From a virus, in IMG/VR virus record IMGVR_UViG_3300046779_002065, positions 64,276 through 128,275 of that record: a stretch of DNA of 64,000 nt; one strand, written 5' to 3'. The translations under genes and the position numbers were made by a program. This document shows, one piece after another, positions 20,102 through 31,400 of the stretch (its first letter is position 1; every line of letters begins with the position of its first letter). The notes beneath the pieces were generated by a model. The model had not been told where the DNA came from and did no database searches. It saw only the letters and a program-made list of their open reading frames with translations.

Positions 20102-23100
20102 TTATTCATACGGAGTATAACCTCCTGTCATACCCGCAAGTGCTGCTTGTGGGTTTTGCTGTAAGTACGCACGACGACTAATATTGGACGATTGATGATT
20201 ACGGTTCATTTCATCTTTAGCAAATGCAGCAGCTTGTTTGGTTGCTTCATCCGGACTCATACCGCTGCTCATTAACTGCGATTTATATTTTTCAATAATA
20301 TCTTTGAGCTGACCAGTACTTGCTGTTGGTTGCGTTTGAAACGTACCTTCAGTAAAATCTTCTCCGTCAATAAAAGCATTTGCTCCGGTAACAGAGTTGA
20401 TATCATACATCGGATAGATTGCACGCATCATGTTTCTGTTTTGTAATCCCTGGAATGCATTGTTAAATGAGTTAGTAATCATTGTACGCTGCTTGTTAGA
20501 ACTGTTGACAAGGTTCTGTCCGTAGTTCATTGTCTCATCGTAGAACTGTTTACGCATTGCAGTATTCTTACCGTTCACATCATTTCTCATGTGAGCACGG
20601 TCTGCTGCAACAGCGTTGGTAGTATTGACGTTACGATTCTGAATATTAGCAATCTCATTAAGACCCGCTTGTCCAAGCTGACCAGCAACCGCTGCAATGT
20701 TTGCACGGGCAGTAGTAGGATCCGCAGACGCATTGATGTTACTCATGGCAAGAGACGCATCACTTTGCAACGACGCATTCTTTGCACTATACTCTTCAAG
20801 CTGTGGATCGTAGGTAGCACCATTCATTTGAAACATTGCTGGTTCACCATAGAATCGATCCATGTTCATAGCATTTGCTATACCTAGTTTATGCTGAATC
20901 CAAAAGTCATTGTCTTGAGGTTTTTGTTCAGGGGTAGTAGTATTGGTCTTACCAGCACAAGCGGTTTGACAAGCTGATAGACTGGTAAAATCAGACGCTG
21001 AAACAGCTTGATCTGCGGGAATCTGTACCGGTTGACAATCAGGACAACGATAAACAGTTTGTGGTCCAGGAGGTTTCTTGCCAATATTGATGGTAGGACG
21101 AGACCAAGTGTAGCGACCAAACAAACCGTCTTTTGCGTTTGGATCTTTACTATCAGCTATAAATCCAAACTTGTTTACATAACCTGTAGCTTCTTCTGGA
21201 CTATATCCCGCTTTAGTTGCCTGATTGTAAATATCATCATTGTACCAATTTTGGAATACACCAGAATCTTTTTTAGGATTGAAATTAGGATTTGCTGCAA
21301 CGAATCGTGCATGACGTTTCTTAAAATCACCAGAATTCTTATCATTCCAGTAATTTTGTGTACCATAAGTTCCACTGTCACCACGAGCACCCTGACGACC
21401 CTCGGTCATATCAGATCCAAAATTTGAAGCAAGTGATTCAGGTAAGGTAACATCAATACCATTCTTTTTCCAATCTTCTACATCTTTTGCACTGTATGTT
21501 TGGTAGTCATTTTCAATCTTGTGACTACTAACTACTTCGTTCTTTTCATCGTAGATAGTAACCGTGTTACCTTTGGTAACTTCTTTCCTTTTTTTACCGT
21601 CTTTGGTTTTATAGCTGTTCACATATTCTTTTTCACCAGTACCTCCACCATCGGCAAATACGGGAACCATCTTCCGTTGTACAGCGTCGTACTTGTATTT
21701 AGGTTGTTCGTACGCTCCACCATCCTGGAAGAGTTCACCACCCATTGCTTTATCTTGAAGTTGTTCTAATCTCCATTTTAAATACTCTTCATCACTCTCG
21801 TAAATTCTTTCTTTACTTTGTTGAGCTTTCAGTCTTGGAGGTGTTCCGCTAGTTTGCTGTCTTACGTTACCGGTAGCTTTCTGAATGTTTGGTTGTTTTC
21901 TTTCAGTTTTGTTTTCAGAGTAACCAGCTGGAGTCTCACTGTTTATCGATATTTGCAGAGGATTGCCACTAGCATCATATACCGTTCTAGTTGCTCCCAT
22001 TGATGCATTCGCTTCGGTTGTTGTACCAGCTTGTGTAAATGGTACAACACTACCGTCTTTATTTACTAGACCTAATTGGTTCTTTTTGTAATAAGACGTA
22101 ATGAGCTTTTTGTTTAAGTATTGAGTTTTACCAGCCGAGTCAGTAACTTTAATTACCGGTTCTCCTGCTGCTCCTTCCAACATTGCATCGACTACTTTAT
22201 ACTTTTGACTACCTGCTACAAATTCGGTACCTGGTGCAAACTGTAATCGATTGTTATTTTCTACTCCTAGAAGTGCAGCTTTGTGATTAAGGTCTTTTGC
22301 CGGAGTACTTCCGAAAAACATCGGTTGTATCTTTTTATAACTGACTTCATTTAAAAAATTGTTGTTTGCAAATGGAATTGGAGGACCACCTGGAATAGAC
22401 GGTAAATACTCTTTTTCAGTTCCAACAACACTTTTGTATGGTGAACTGCTTCCAAAATGTTTCTTAAAATCATTTAACGGAATCTTACTTACACCATTAA
22501 TAGGTTTTTCTAAATGAACGTAGTTGTCATCTATCCAATTGTCATCAATGGATTTAATCTTTGCTTTTTGAGATCCTACGTAGAACTGAAATCCAGGAAC
22601 AAGTAATGGAGATCCGCCACCTGTTTGCATTTTTGTCATCCCACCGTACGCCATTTCAAGTTCATCCATCATTGCAGGATCGGTTTGTCCCATCATTTCC
22701 GGATTCATCTGTGGAGGCATTGCTGCCTGAGACATTTGTGCACCACCATCTGGTAGCATTTGCTCAGACACAGCAGGCGGTTGCTTACCTTTCATTCCTT
22801 CCTGGTATGCCGCAAGTTCAGAAAGCTTTTGCATGTTGTTGTTCAACATACGCTCTGCGGTACGACGAGTAAACGGATCCGTTTGTGGATCGTTCACTTT
22901 CTTCATAAAATCGTTTAACTGGTATTGCTTTGCAATTTGAGCAGGAGTGTACCCTCCGGCTTTACCACCCATACCGAAATGTTTAAGAACCTCCGGGTCC
23001 TTAATTTTCATTTTCTTGGTATCAGAGAAGATAAAACTACCTCCAGGTACATTCAATGGAACACCCCCTTGTGTATGTCTTTTCCCGGTAATAGTCATGT

Positions 23101-23308
23101 GCTCGATGTTTCCATCGTTGTTGATATCACCTAATATAGTTTCACCACCCTCAGCTTCAATGTTTGCCATGTGGCGAGGTACAGCACCCATAGTATTTCT
23201 AGCTGCATTTGGGTCTTCTGAATTTGACGGAGACCATGGACGGTGGGTAGTTAACGAGTAATCGCGTTGATCACCGGTACGAGGGGTTTTCTTGATACGG
23301 ACTTTCAT
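20102..23308 (-). CDS. crAss-type internal virion protein (EAEGGE / H-x-x-GG N-terminal domain)
   Basis: 1068 aa. N-terminal NIEAEGGE...GKRHTQGGV...IFSD pattern typical of crAss-like structural proteins. Repeated xxxGG motifs. Confidence 0.6.
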   Translation of the reverse strand: MKVRIKKTPRTGDQRDYSLTTHRPWSPSNSEDPNAARNTMGAVPRHMANIEAEGGETILGDINNDGNIEHMTITGKRHTQGGVPLNVPGGSFIFSDTKKMKIKDPEVLKHFGMGGKAGGYTPAQIAKQYQLNDFMKKVNDPQTDPFTRRTAERMLNNNMQKLSELAAYQEGMKGKQPPAVSEQMLPDGGAQMSQAAMPPQMNPEMMGQTDPAMMDELEMAYGGMTKMQTGGGSPLLVPGFQFYVGSQKAKIKSIDDNWIDDNYVHLEKPINGVSKIPLNDFKKHFGSSSPYKSVVGTEKEYLPSIPGGPPIPFANNNFLNEVSYKKIQPMFFGSTPAKDLNHKAALLGVENNNRLQFAPGTEFVAGSQKYKVVDAMLEGAAGEPVIKVTDSAGKTQYLNKKLITSYYKKNQLGLVNKDGSVVPFTQAGTTTEANASMGATRTVYDASGNPLQISINSETPAGYSENKTERKQPNIQKATGNVRQQTSGTPPRLKAQQSKERIYESDEEYLKWRLEQLQDKAMGGELFQDGGAYEQPKYKYDAVQRKMVPVFADGGGTGEKEYVNSYKTKDGKKRKEVTKGNTVTIYDEKNEVVSSHKIENDYQTYSAKDVEDWKKNGIDVTLPESLASNFGSDMTEGRQGARGDSGTYGTQNYWNDKNSGDFKKRHARFVAANPNFNPKKDSGVFQNWYNDDIYNQATKAGYSPEEATGYVNKFGFIADSKDPNAKDGLFGRYTWSRPTINIGKKPPGPQTVYRCPDCQPVQIPADQAVSASDFTSLSACQTACAGKTNTTTPEQKPQDNDFWIQHKLGIANAMNMDRFYGEPAMFQMNGATYDPQLEEYSAKNASLQSDASLAMSNINASADPTTARANIAAVAGQLGQAGLNEIANIQNRNVNTTNAVAADRAHMRNDVNGKNTAMRKQFYDETMNYGQNLVNSSNKQRTMITNSFNNAFQGLQNRNMMRAIYPMYDINSVTGANAFIDGEDFTEGTFQTQPTASTGQLKDIIEKYKSQLMSSGMSPDEATKQAAAFAKDEMNRNHQSSNISRRAYLQQNPQAALAGMTGGYTPYE

Positions 23309-23383
23309 AATAAACTTTAAAAGTTTAAACTTGTTTTGCAGGGGTACTAATAGAATTTACGGATAAATTGTTAGGATTCCTAA

Positions 23384-25351
23384 TTACATGAACTCAACTT
23401 CGCCACCTGCAGCAAGGATCTGTTGAATTTCTTCTTCGGTTAAATCATATTCACCACCTTCTTCAAATTGACTCTGCATTTGCATACCAGTGTATTGAAC
23501 AGGAGTGTAGAGGTTTGGAGCTTGTGTTTGTCCAGGACCGGTGTTAAGCGTATCGTAACCCATCGGCATCCAGTTGGTATCATCAGGTTGGTAAGCAAAG
23601 TCTGACATACCCGCTTTGACAGCATTTTCACGTACAGACTTCATTCCTTGCTTGAAACCAAGTGCATTGTTAAACATACTGATACCGGCATTTGCACCTA
23701 AAGTGCGGTTTAATCCACCTTCCAGGTCAACAGCTAATCTGCTTTTTCCAACGTAGACAGGGTTTCCGTTTTGAGTATAGTCGGTAGGTTGAGGAGGTTG
23801 AGGGGTTGTTCCAGGAACTTGCATTCCACCACCAGCTTTAATCATTCCCCCATACGCTGCAGTACGATTTAAGTCAACAGCATTTGTATTCATTGGAGGA
23901 ACAATCGGAGGTTGTGCAGGAGGATTGACAGTGTTAGCAGCTTTACGTTGCGCTTCTTGTTGTACACTCTCCTGGTTTAAAGCAGCAGCATTTTTTGGAT
24001 CACTCCAATTCATTGTATTACCTGTCGCATTTGGATTAGTGTTTACTTCAGGTGTTGCATCAGGTTTGCGCGCTTTAAATCCTCTCCAGACATTATCTAA
24101 ACCGGTTGCTATACCGCTGACACCAGCAAGCGCACCAAGACCCATTTTCAGATAACCACTCAAACCGTTATCACTCATCATTCCAATAGCAGGATTGTAG
24201 AGCGGCATAGTTGCCAGGTCACTGATGTTTTTATACATCTTGTTACCAATCATCTGGTGCTTTGCTACTTCCTGCATCTTGTACTGACCAGGACCAAGTG
24301 TAGATGGACCGGTAGGTTTTGGAGCAGCTGGTGCAGGAGTACCTTTCTCAAAGTTGGATTTCGCCAGGTTTTCCGCTGTAGGTTGCCAAGCGTATGGTTG
24401 ACTTGCTTTTGAACCTTTACCTGTCATATCAATAGAAGAACCAGAAGTAGGAGCTGCACCTGTGAAATTTGTTTTACCTACTTCATTGTCAGCAACACGC
24501 ATAGTACCCGGTGCAGCATTTGGATCAAACGGTGTAGCAGATACCGGAGATCCACCTGTAAAATTTGTTTTTCCAGCTAAATTGTCAGCAACATGTATAG
24601 GAGCAGGAGCTGCGTTTGGATCAAATGTTGCCCCTGTTACTGGGAAGTTACCAGTAAGGTTAGGTTGACCCAGTGTAGGATCTGGAACTTTAATTGTTGG
24701 TTGTGGAGCAGGACCTTGCATCTTTTTGATGACCTGTGGATTGTTATACCAGTTGTTTTGAGTCATCGTAGGACCAGCAAACTGAAACTCAGGTAGCATT
24801 GGTCCACCATTTTCCAATTTTGGAAATCCTGCTGCTTTCCATTTATCATAACCACCTGGTCCGTATTTTGTGAAAAGCTTTTGTGTATCTGAAGTGCTTA
24901 GATTTAATATCCCTTCTCTTTTAGTTTGGTTGTCATCTGCAACTTTTTTACCTAATGTTTTTTCGGTTACATAATCTAATGCTGCTGGCAAAGCTTTACC
25001 TGCAAAACCAGGAGCAGCCATACCAATAATTCCCTGATTCATCTGAGTTTTATTGCCTGTTGCAGCACCGTGAACAATATCGTAACCATCAATGATATCA
25101 TTGATTCCAGGTACCATTGAGGGAACAATAGGTAACAAAGTCCGAGGTTCCGATGCAGGTCCACCATTTTGCATGATGTTTGTCTGGATAAAACGCGGTT
25201 GATTGTAGAACGCATTTAAGTCTACAGCACCACCGTGCTTCATCTGCATCGCTTCAGGATGTGCTGTGAAAAAAGCTTCCTCTGTAGGATACTTTTTATA
25301 AAATTCGCTTTCGGATGTTACACCCGCTATTTTTAAGAATTGTGCTTTCAT
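23384..25351 (-). CDS. Low-complexity virion-associated protein with xxxGG motifs
   Basis: 655 aa, Pro/Gly/Thr-rich. Contains MKHGG, MQNGG, LENGG and FEEGG and a 32-aa internal duplication. Confidence 0.55.
   Translation of the reverse strand: MKAQFLKIAGVTSESEFYKKYPTEEAFFTAHPEAMQMKHGGAVDLNAFYNQPRFIQTNIMQNGGPASEPRTLLPIVPSMVPGINDIIDGYDIVHGAATGNKTQMNQGIIGMAAPGFAGKALPAALDYVTEKTLGKKVADDNQTKREGILNLSTSDTQKLFTKYGPGGYDKWKAAGFPKLENGGPMLPEFQFAGPTMTQNNWYNNPQVIKKMQGPAPQPTIKVPDPTLGQPNLTGNFPVTGATFDPNAAPAPIHVADNLAGKTNFTGGSPVSATPFDPNAAPGTMRVADNEVGKTNFTGAAPTSGSSIDMTGKGSKASQPYAWQPTAENLAKSNFEKGTPAPAAPKPTGPSTLGPGQYKMQEVAKHQMIGNKMYKNISDLATMPLYNPAIGMMSDNGLSGYLKMGLGALAGVSGIATGLDNVWRGFKARKPDATPEVNTNPNATGNTMNWSDPKNAAALNQESVQQEAQRKAANTVNPPAQPPIVPPMNTNAVDLNRTAAYGGMIKAGGGMQVPGTTPQPPQPTDYTQNGNPVYVGKSRLAVDLEGGLNRTLGANAGISMFNNALGFKQGMKSVRENAVKAGMSDFAYQPDDTNWMPMGYDTLNTGPGQTQAPNLYTPVQYTGMQMQSQFEEGGEYDLTEEEIQQILAAGGEVEFM
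24457..24640 (-). repeat. Two-copy 96-nt (32-aa) intragenic tandem duplication
   Basis: FDPNAAPAPIHVADNLAGKTNFTG versus FDPNAAPGTMRVADNEVGKTNFTG. ggatcaaa occurs at 24522 and 24618. Confidence 0.85.
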
Positions 25352-25352
25352 G

Positions 25353-28300
25353 TCAATTATATTTGTTTAACCACCCTTGAGACTGTCCACCAAACTTTGC
25401 ATAATCCTGATTGGGTGAATCATTCTTTGCAAACAGATACATCATCTCGTTAATTTCGCTGTCAGATAAACCAGCTTTTTTAAGTTGCTCATATTGCTTC
25501 ATCTCCTCTGGAGTAAAACCTTTCTTATACTGTTCAATATCGTATCCAGGTGCTTGTAGTTTGTATCCCTGCTCAATAGAGGAATCTCTTAACGCACGAA
25601 GTCTTGCTTTTGCTTCCGAAGGATCCAGGAGGTAATCTGCTTCATTAAAATCTGTTTCAATATTCTCACCAACCGTCATGTCCTTTTTTAAACTAGAAGG
25701 TTGTCCCAGAAATTCCTGACTGTCCCTGGACATAGCATTCTTACCAAGTTGCTCGGTAAAGTATGGTCCCACTCCTGGATTAGGATTATCACCAAATGGT
25801 GCTTGGTCTCCTACATGAGAAAACTCATGCGAGTGAACACCTCGTTCTACAGGAGTAGAAGGAACGAACATGGTGTGGAAATTAGGATCGTAACCTGCTT
25901 TGATTCCTTTTGCTGACAGATCTGCGGTAACTAGATTAATGTTACCGAGGTTCTCCCTGCGCTGATTCAGAATGTCATCAATCTTGATTTTCTCACCATC
26001 AGTCAATTCATCGTAAGTAGTATTAGGTCCATAAAATTCTACAGCAAGTAAATCAGCATAGTCTGCACTTCTTGCATACTTCAATTCTTTATCTGCAGCT
26101 GCACGTACGTCATACTCCGATTGCAAACGTTTTTGACGCTGAACTCCTTTGTCATATAACCACTGATTCACTGAACCAGCATTCTCAGGCATTGGAGGTA
26201 AATCAGCAGGACGAGCTGGTCCACCGTCTTGGAAGTTGTTTAACCACCCTGTACTACCACCCATCTTTTTACCTGGAACATAATCACGGATAGAGAACGG
26301 ACTTGTATGCATATAGACTTTATCCCACATTTCAGGAGGGACACCTGCACGCTGCAAGTATTCCTGACGTGTCTTTTCATCCCAGTTAAGTAATGTGTTC
26401 TGTTCCGACCCCGATTTCATGGTAGGACTAAACATGTCCATAGTAACCGGTAAATACCCAGCTAAAGTAAACTCCTCTGGATTTTGAATTACAGGTGTGT
26501 ACTCACGCGAGTGCGGGATCACTAATCCCTTCTTATTAAATCTTGCATCACGCGATGCTACCAAAGCTTCTGCAAGAACGGGTGAAAACTGATCTTTTCC
26601 TAAATTGTCCAAATCAATGTTGTGCTCTTTAGCGTATGCAACAATCTCTGGATTATTACGCATCTCTACCAACATTTGCTGACCAAGTCTCCATGTTTCT
26701 CCAGTCGGACTTGGAATCACTTTTTCTGCTTTCTTCTGAACTTCCTCTGAACGTTTTTTGAATTCAAAAGCAGCTGGTGAAAAGTTTGGAGCAGCAGCTG
26801 ATGTTTGCTTGTTTTTAGGAGTGGTGTAGTATTCATCTCCACAATTCCCAGAAGCGCAGTGCAAGTCTTTTAATTGTTCCGCAACTTTTTCATCTTGACC
26901 CCACTGTGTGTTATGCTTGGGAGCAATAAAGTACAAGTAACGAGGATTTGTTTCAGGATTATAAGCTTCACTGTCACCTAACCATGGTCTTGACTTTTCA
27001 GACGGTGCTGACGTCCAGATACGATTAGGAGAATATCCTTCATAAATACCAGGTCCTTCAACAACCGGTAAACCACCAAAGGTTTTTCCAAGATTCTCTT
27101 TGTATTTTTCATCCAGTGGTTTGTATTGCTTTGTATCCTTGATTTCCTCGGAACGTTCAGCAGTTACAGGACCTGCTTGTACACCACGTTGTTTTGGATC
27201 AGCATCATGGGTGTCTTCGTAATATTCATTGTACTTTGGAATCCTGGAGAGAAGGTTTTTAAATTCGCTGAGTGTAGGGTTCAGCTTTTCCATGTTCTGC
27301 CAGTCCTGGAATCCATCTTCGTATTTGTTTTCCGTTTTTGCTTGAACACGTCCTTTCTCATCAATTCGGAACTGAAATCCTCCTTGTGTATTTTTAAACG
27401 TTTCCGGATCAATTGTACTGGTGACAGGTTTTTCCTGATTACCTACAAATTTGTCTACAGCTATTTGAGTGTCTTTACCCCAGATACCATCTTCGTCCAG
27501 GTACGCATTGTAATTATCGTTTATCCATTTTTGGTACTTCTGTACTTCAGGATCACCTTTCAGTTTACTATTAAACGCATAACGCTCCGCATCTAAATTT
27601 ACCTGTTCATACTTTGCGGGATCTGTTTCAGATTTCTGCCATTTGTAGCGATCCCAGAATGATTTGTCATATTTTTTTTCTCCACCGTCTTGATAATTAT
27701 CCATCCACCCAGTAACGCCACCAAACGCTTTTTCTTCTTTACGAATCTTGCGTTCCTGCTCAAGCATTTCTTTGGTAGGTTTCTTACCGCTACCCTTGTT
27801 TGCACGAATGTTATCCCAAAGTCCACGTTGAGAATATGAACCATCAGCACGACGAATCATTTCACCACCTTGTTTAAATACCTGCGCATCATGTAGAAAG
27901 TCAGTTGGATTGAATGAAACGTTCTCATCCTGAAAGTTTGACATCATGTATTTTGCCAATTCTTCGCGGTTTTTCTTGTCTTTAACCCTGCTGAGAATGT
28001 CAGCAACTCCTTCCAGCATTTCTTTGTCGTCACTGGTTTCCCCACCTTTCTCCCATGTCTTTCTTGCAAATGCACGGAAATACGGATTGTTCTCAAGATT
28101 TTTCTTATGACGAGCATAAAACGCTTTCTTACGTTCCGGGTCCTTTGGATGTTGACCAAGTTTAGAATCACCAAAATATTTTACGGTACCATCCGGTCCA
28201 GTAACCTTATGGGTTTTTCCTTTACGATCATTACTCCGGGTTACAATGTAACCACCGTTTTTCATGACCGGTTTCTCATAGACCATATCTCCAGGAAAGG

Positions 28301-28469
28301 TATACTCACCTCCCGGCATCATCATGATACTATGACCTGTATTATCTGTACCAAGTACAGGATAAGGTACTCCTTTCATGGTGATGTCACCAGAGGGTAT
28401 AATCGTATCTCTCCCTGGGTAATCCCATTGACCACGGGACGTTACTGGTACATTCTTCAGTTTTTTCAT
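25353..28469 (-). CDS. Mosaic virion protein with GG-delimited modules, a peptidoglycan-binding-like motif and an HExxH domain
   Basis: 1038 aa. VQKYQKWIN...DGIWGKDTQIAV resembles PG-binding-1. HEFSH at 25815-25829. Eight xxxGG motifs. Confidence 0.6.
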   Translation of the reverse strand: MKKLKNVPVTSRGQWDYPGRDTIIPSGDITMKGVPYPVLGTDNTGHSIMMMPGGEYTFPGDMVYEKPVMKNGGYIVTRSNDRKGKTHKVTGPDGTVKYFGDSKLGQHPKDPERKKAFYARHKKNLENNPYFRAFARKTWEKGGETSDDKEMLEGVADILSRVKDKKNREELAKYMMSNFQDENVSFNPTDFLHDAQVFKQGGEMIRRADGSYSQRGLWDNIRANKGSGKKPTKEMLEQERKIRKEEKAFGGVTGWMDNYQDGGEKKYDKSFWDRYKWQKSETDPAKYEQVNLDAERYAFNSKLKGDPEVQKYQKWINDNYNAYLDEDGIWGKDTQIAVDKFVGNQEKPVTSTIDPETFKNTQGGFQFRIDEKGRVQAKTENKYEDGFQDWQNMEKLNPTLSEFKNLLSRIPKYNEYYEDTHDADPKQRGVQAGPVTAERSEEIKDTKQYKPLDEKYKENLGKTFGGLPVVEGPGIYEGYSPNRIWTSAPSEKSRPWLGDSEAYNPETNPRYLYFIAPKHNTQWGQDEKVAEQLKDLHCASGNCGDEYYTTPKNKQTSAAAPNFSPAAFEFKKRSEEVQKKAEKVIPSPTGETWRLGQQMLVEMRNNPEIVAYAKEHNIDLDNLGKDQFSPVLAEALVASRDARFNKKGLVIPHSREYTPVIQNPEEFTLAGYLPVTMDMFSPTMKSGSEQNTLLNWDEKTRQEYLQRAGVPPEMWDKVYMHTSPFSIRDYVPGKKMGGSTGWLNNFQDGGPARPADLPPMPENAGSVNQWLYDKGVQRQKRLQSEYDVRAAADKELKYARSADYADLLAVEFYGPNTTYDELTDGEKIKIDDILNQRRENLGNINLVTADLSAKGIKAGYDPNFHTMFVPSTPVERGVHSHEFSHVGDQAPFGDNPNPGVGPYFTEQLGKNAMSRDSQEFLGQPSSLKKDMTVGENIETDFNEADYLLDPSEAKARLRALRDSSIEQGYKLQAPGYDIEQYKKGFTPEEMKQYEQLKKAGLSDSEINEMMYLFAKNDSPNQDYAKFGGQSQGWLNKYN

Positions 28470-31400
28470 CGAGGACTATGCAGCTTCTTAGTGGTAAACA
28501 TCTTGAGGAGCATTTTTACATTACCACTTATTTTGCGGATCAAAATAAATCGATCAGCGTAGTGACGAAACTTCTTACGCTCAAGAGGTGCTTTATTATA
28601 ATTTACGTAATCTGAGTTGATTTTCCGAACATAACCGTTACAATCAGTCAACCACATAGGCGTTCGGGTTGTTGTAAACTCCCCTCTGTCTTTGGTGATG
28701 TCCCAGAATTGATTAAAGCGATAGGTGTTTTCTTCTTTACTAAACAAGATATCAATGTTGTTTGCATTGATTCGTGGATAGGTAAGCATACCAATCGGAT
28801 CGCTTTTTGGTTTAAGAACCAGGTTCAACGCACCTGAGATCTGTTCGTTGTTATAGACGACAGCCTGGTCAAAGTTGTGATCCAGTACTTCATGCGCACT
28901 CATCCCGTCATTAGAGAAGATGTAGTTTTCCAGCACGTACTCTCCGTTGCGGATTGTCGTAATAGTGTTTGCCGTAGATGTTGGGAACTCTACCTCAAAA
29001 GGATAATCAACCCCATAGAAATTGCAGTAGCTGTCCCAGCGTTTGTTATGCTTGTACACACTTGGACCTTTTACCGTCATGAAGTGCTCATGAGGTTGAA
29101 TCATCAGATCCGGATGCCAGTCATGGAAGCTGATCCACATTTTGTTTTTCGGATCGTAGGAGATCGTCCAGGAGCAGCGGGTAAAGTATTGAGGATCATC
29201 CAGGGTCACGTGCCTGCGCTTGTACACTACTTTCTCAGTATCCGGTAACGTAACTTCTTGCACGGGTGCTGTCAATACGCGGCGGCAAATAGGAGTAGTA
29301 CAATTGCTTGCCAAACCAAGTGTGTAGTCAAGTGGGCAGATGTAATTGTTTGCAGTAAACGTAGTTTTATCTCTAGTGGTAAAAATTACGTTTAACATAC
29401 TATAACTGGTAGCAGCGATAATTTCAGATGCGGTATTGTCATAAATTTCAGCACCTATCATACCTACACTACCTGATTGATTCCAACCAATTAGTTCAAG
29501 CAAATGATTTCCCGCTTCAATTTCTATTGGGTAAATATGTAATCTTTGAAATTGAATACGTCCGTCAGATGGGTTAATATTATGATTTTCACACATTTGT
29601 GCAGCGTCGGCTTCCAAAATAATATTACCGTCTATTTTTAAAGTAAATTTATTATCACCAGTCAATGCTACATAATACGTTTTAGTTTGATTGATACAAA
29701 CGTTAAAACTAAATCCTCTTTCTCCAGGGGTGGTTATACCTGATGCATCCCATACAGAAAGCCTGTTTACAGGGTTTAATGTATAAGTAGTATTGTACCA
29801 AAAAGTATTAGAGTATGGTATTACGCTGTAACCGTTTGTATTTAATATTCCAGGAGTGTGTCCTGCACCCGTTCCATTCGAATTCCATCCTGTATCATAT
29901 ACAGCAGTACCGAGATATCCCCAATCAGGTCTTTGATAAGGTGTAACGGAATAGCTTGTTGGAACTTCAGTCGCAGTAACTGTCTCGATCTTTTCGCAAA
30001 ACTTAACACCGCTTGGTGTGGTTTTCAGGGTGTATCCGGCAGCACATCCAATAGTGGTCTCTCCGGGAACTTTAACAGTCACCGGGTACTCCGTATAGAA
30101 CCCGTAATCCGGATCATACTTTACTTCCGGATTTAGCGGAATGTAATCTACCTTACTGAAATACACCAACTCGTACTGCGGATCATACACTGTCTGAGCA
30201 CCAATACCTGCAACCGGATTATCAATACCTCTAAAGTTCGGATAACGCTGAAGCAATTTGCTTGGCAGGTATTTCTGGAACCAGTAATTCATTCCGTTGC
30301 GGGAAATCTCGTCAAGTCCACTGCCTGTGTAATTGAGGATTTTACCAGTTTCTTCTGAAACATAAAACGTTCCGTGAGGCGTATTGACCGCAGAACGTCC
30401 GCTTAGACAAGAACCATATTGCATGGTGTCATCAGCATTCACCAATGACTGCAATGCCTGGTTAAACAATCCACCATCACCGATGGTAATTTTTGTGCCG
30501 GCGTCCGTCTGTAATTGATCCACCCCTACAAATTGGGTAGGTTCTGCATCTTCATACAAAATGATAGCACCGGTCTTATTTATAGCTTTTATTGCAGAAA
30601 CCCTGCTGTTAAAATCTTTGTAGTTGTTTGCCAGGTAAACTCTCCAGTTGTCCTTTACTCCCTCTGCCTGACGTTGCAGTGAATACAACACGCGTTTTTC
30701 ACGGTTGGCAAAACAAGTTTGAGAAACGTACGGATCATACAACGATGGCAGCACGTATCCCCAACTGCCATATTGCTGGATAGATTTGCTGAAGCTCAGC
30801 GAATAATCATACTTGTAGTAGTTACCAGTAGCAACAATGTCACTTCTGAAGAGTTCATCCGTTGACGTAAATGTATAGCGATCATAGTGTCGCTCACTCA
30901 TTCTTTCACCCCAGTCACGATGTGCCAGGTTGACTTCGCTTTCTACAAAGAACTCACGGACCCCTGAATTGAACAAATAGAAGTACGCATTTTTAACACT
31001 GAACGTAAATCCGTTTCCAGACTTGCGGTTCAGGGATCGATAGTCACTTGGGTAGTTTAAGATATCACCGTTGTTTCCACCCAATAATCCTTCGTATTTG
31101 TTTGAATCTACCCAGTAACGAGGAAACGGAATGTTTACATTGGTACGGTAGTCAAAGGTGGTTCCATCCGGGTACCCGCATGCATTGGTATTGAAGAAGA
31201 ACATTGAGTTCTTTTCGGTGTATCGATTGATGTAAATGTCCCCTCCAAAGATTACCGGTGAAGAGAACTTTTTACGTTTTAACGGTTCAGTGCTGTAAAC
31301 ACACTGTGTCACAGGTACTTGCGAAATGTTTGCAATCTGACCGTACTGGTTTTGAAAATCAACTTTTAAAGACGTGTAGTAAGAGCTTACCGTTGTGGTA

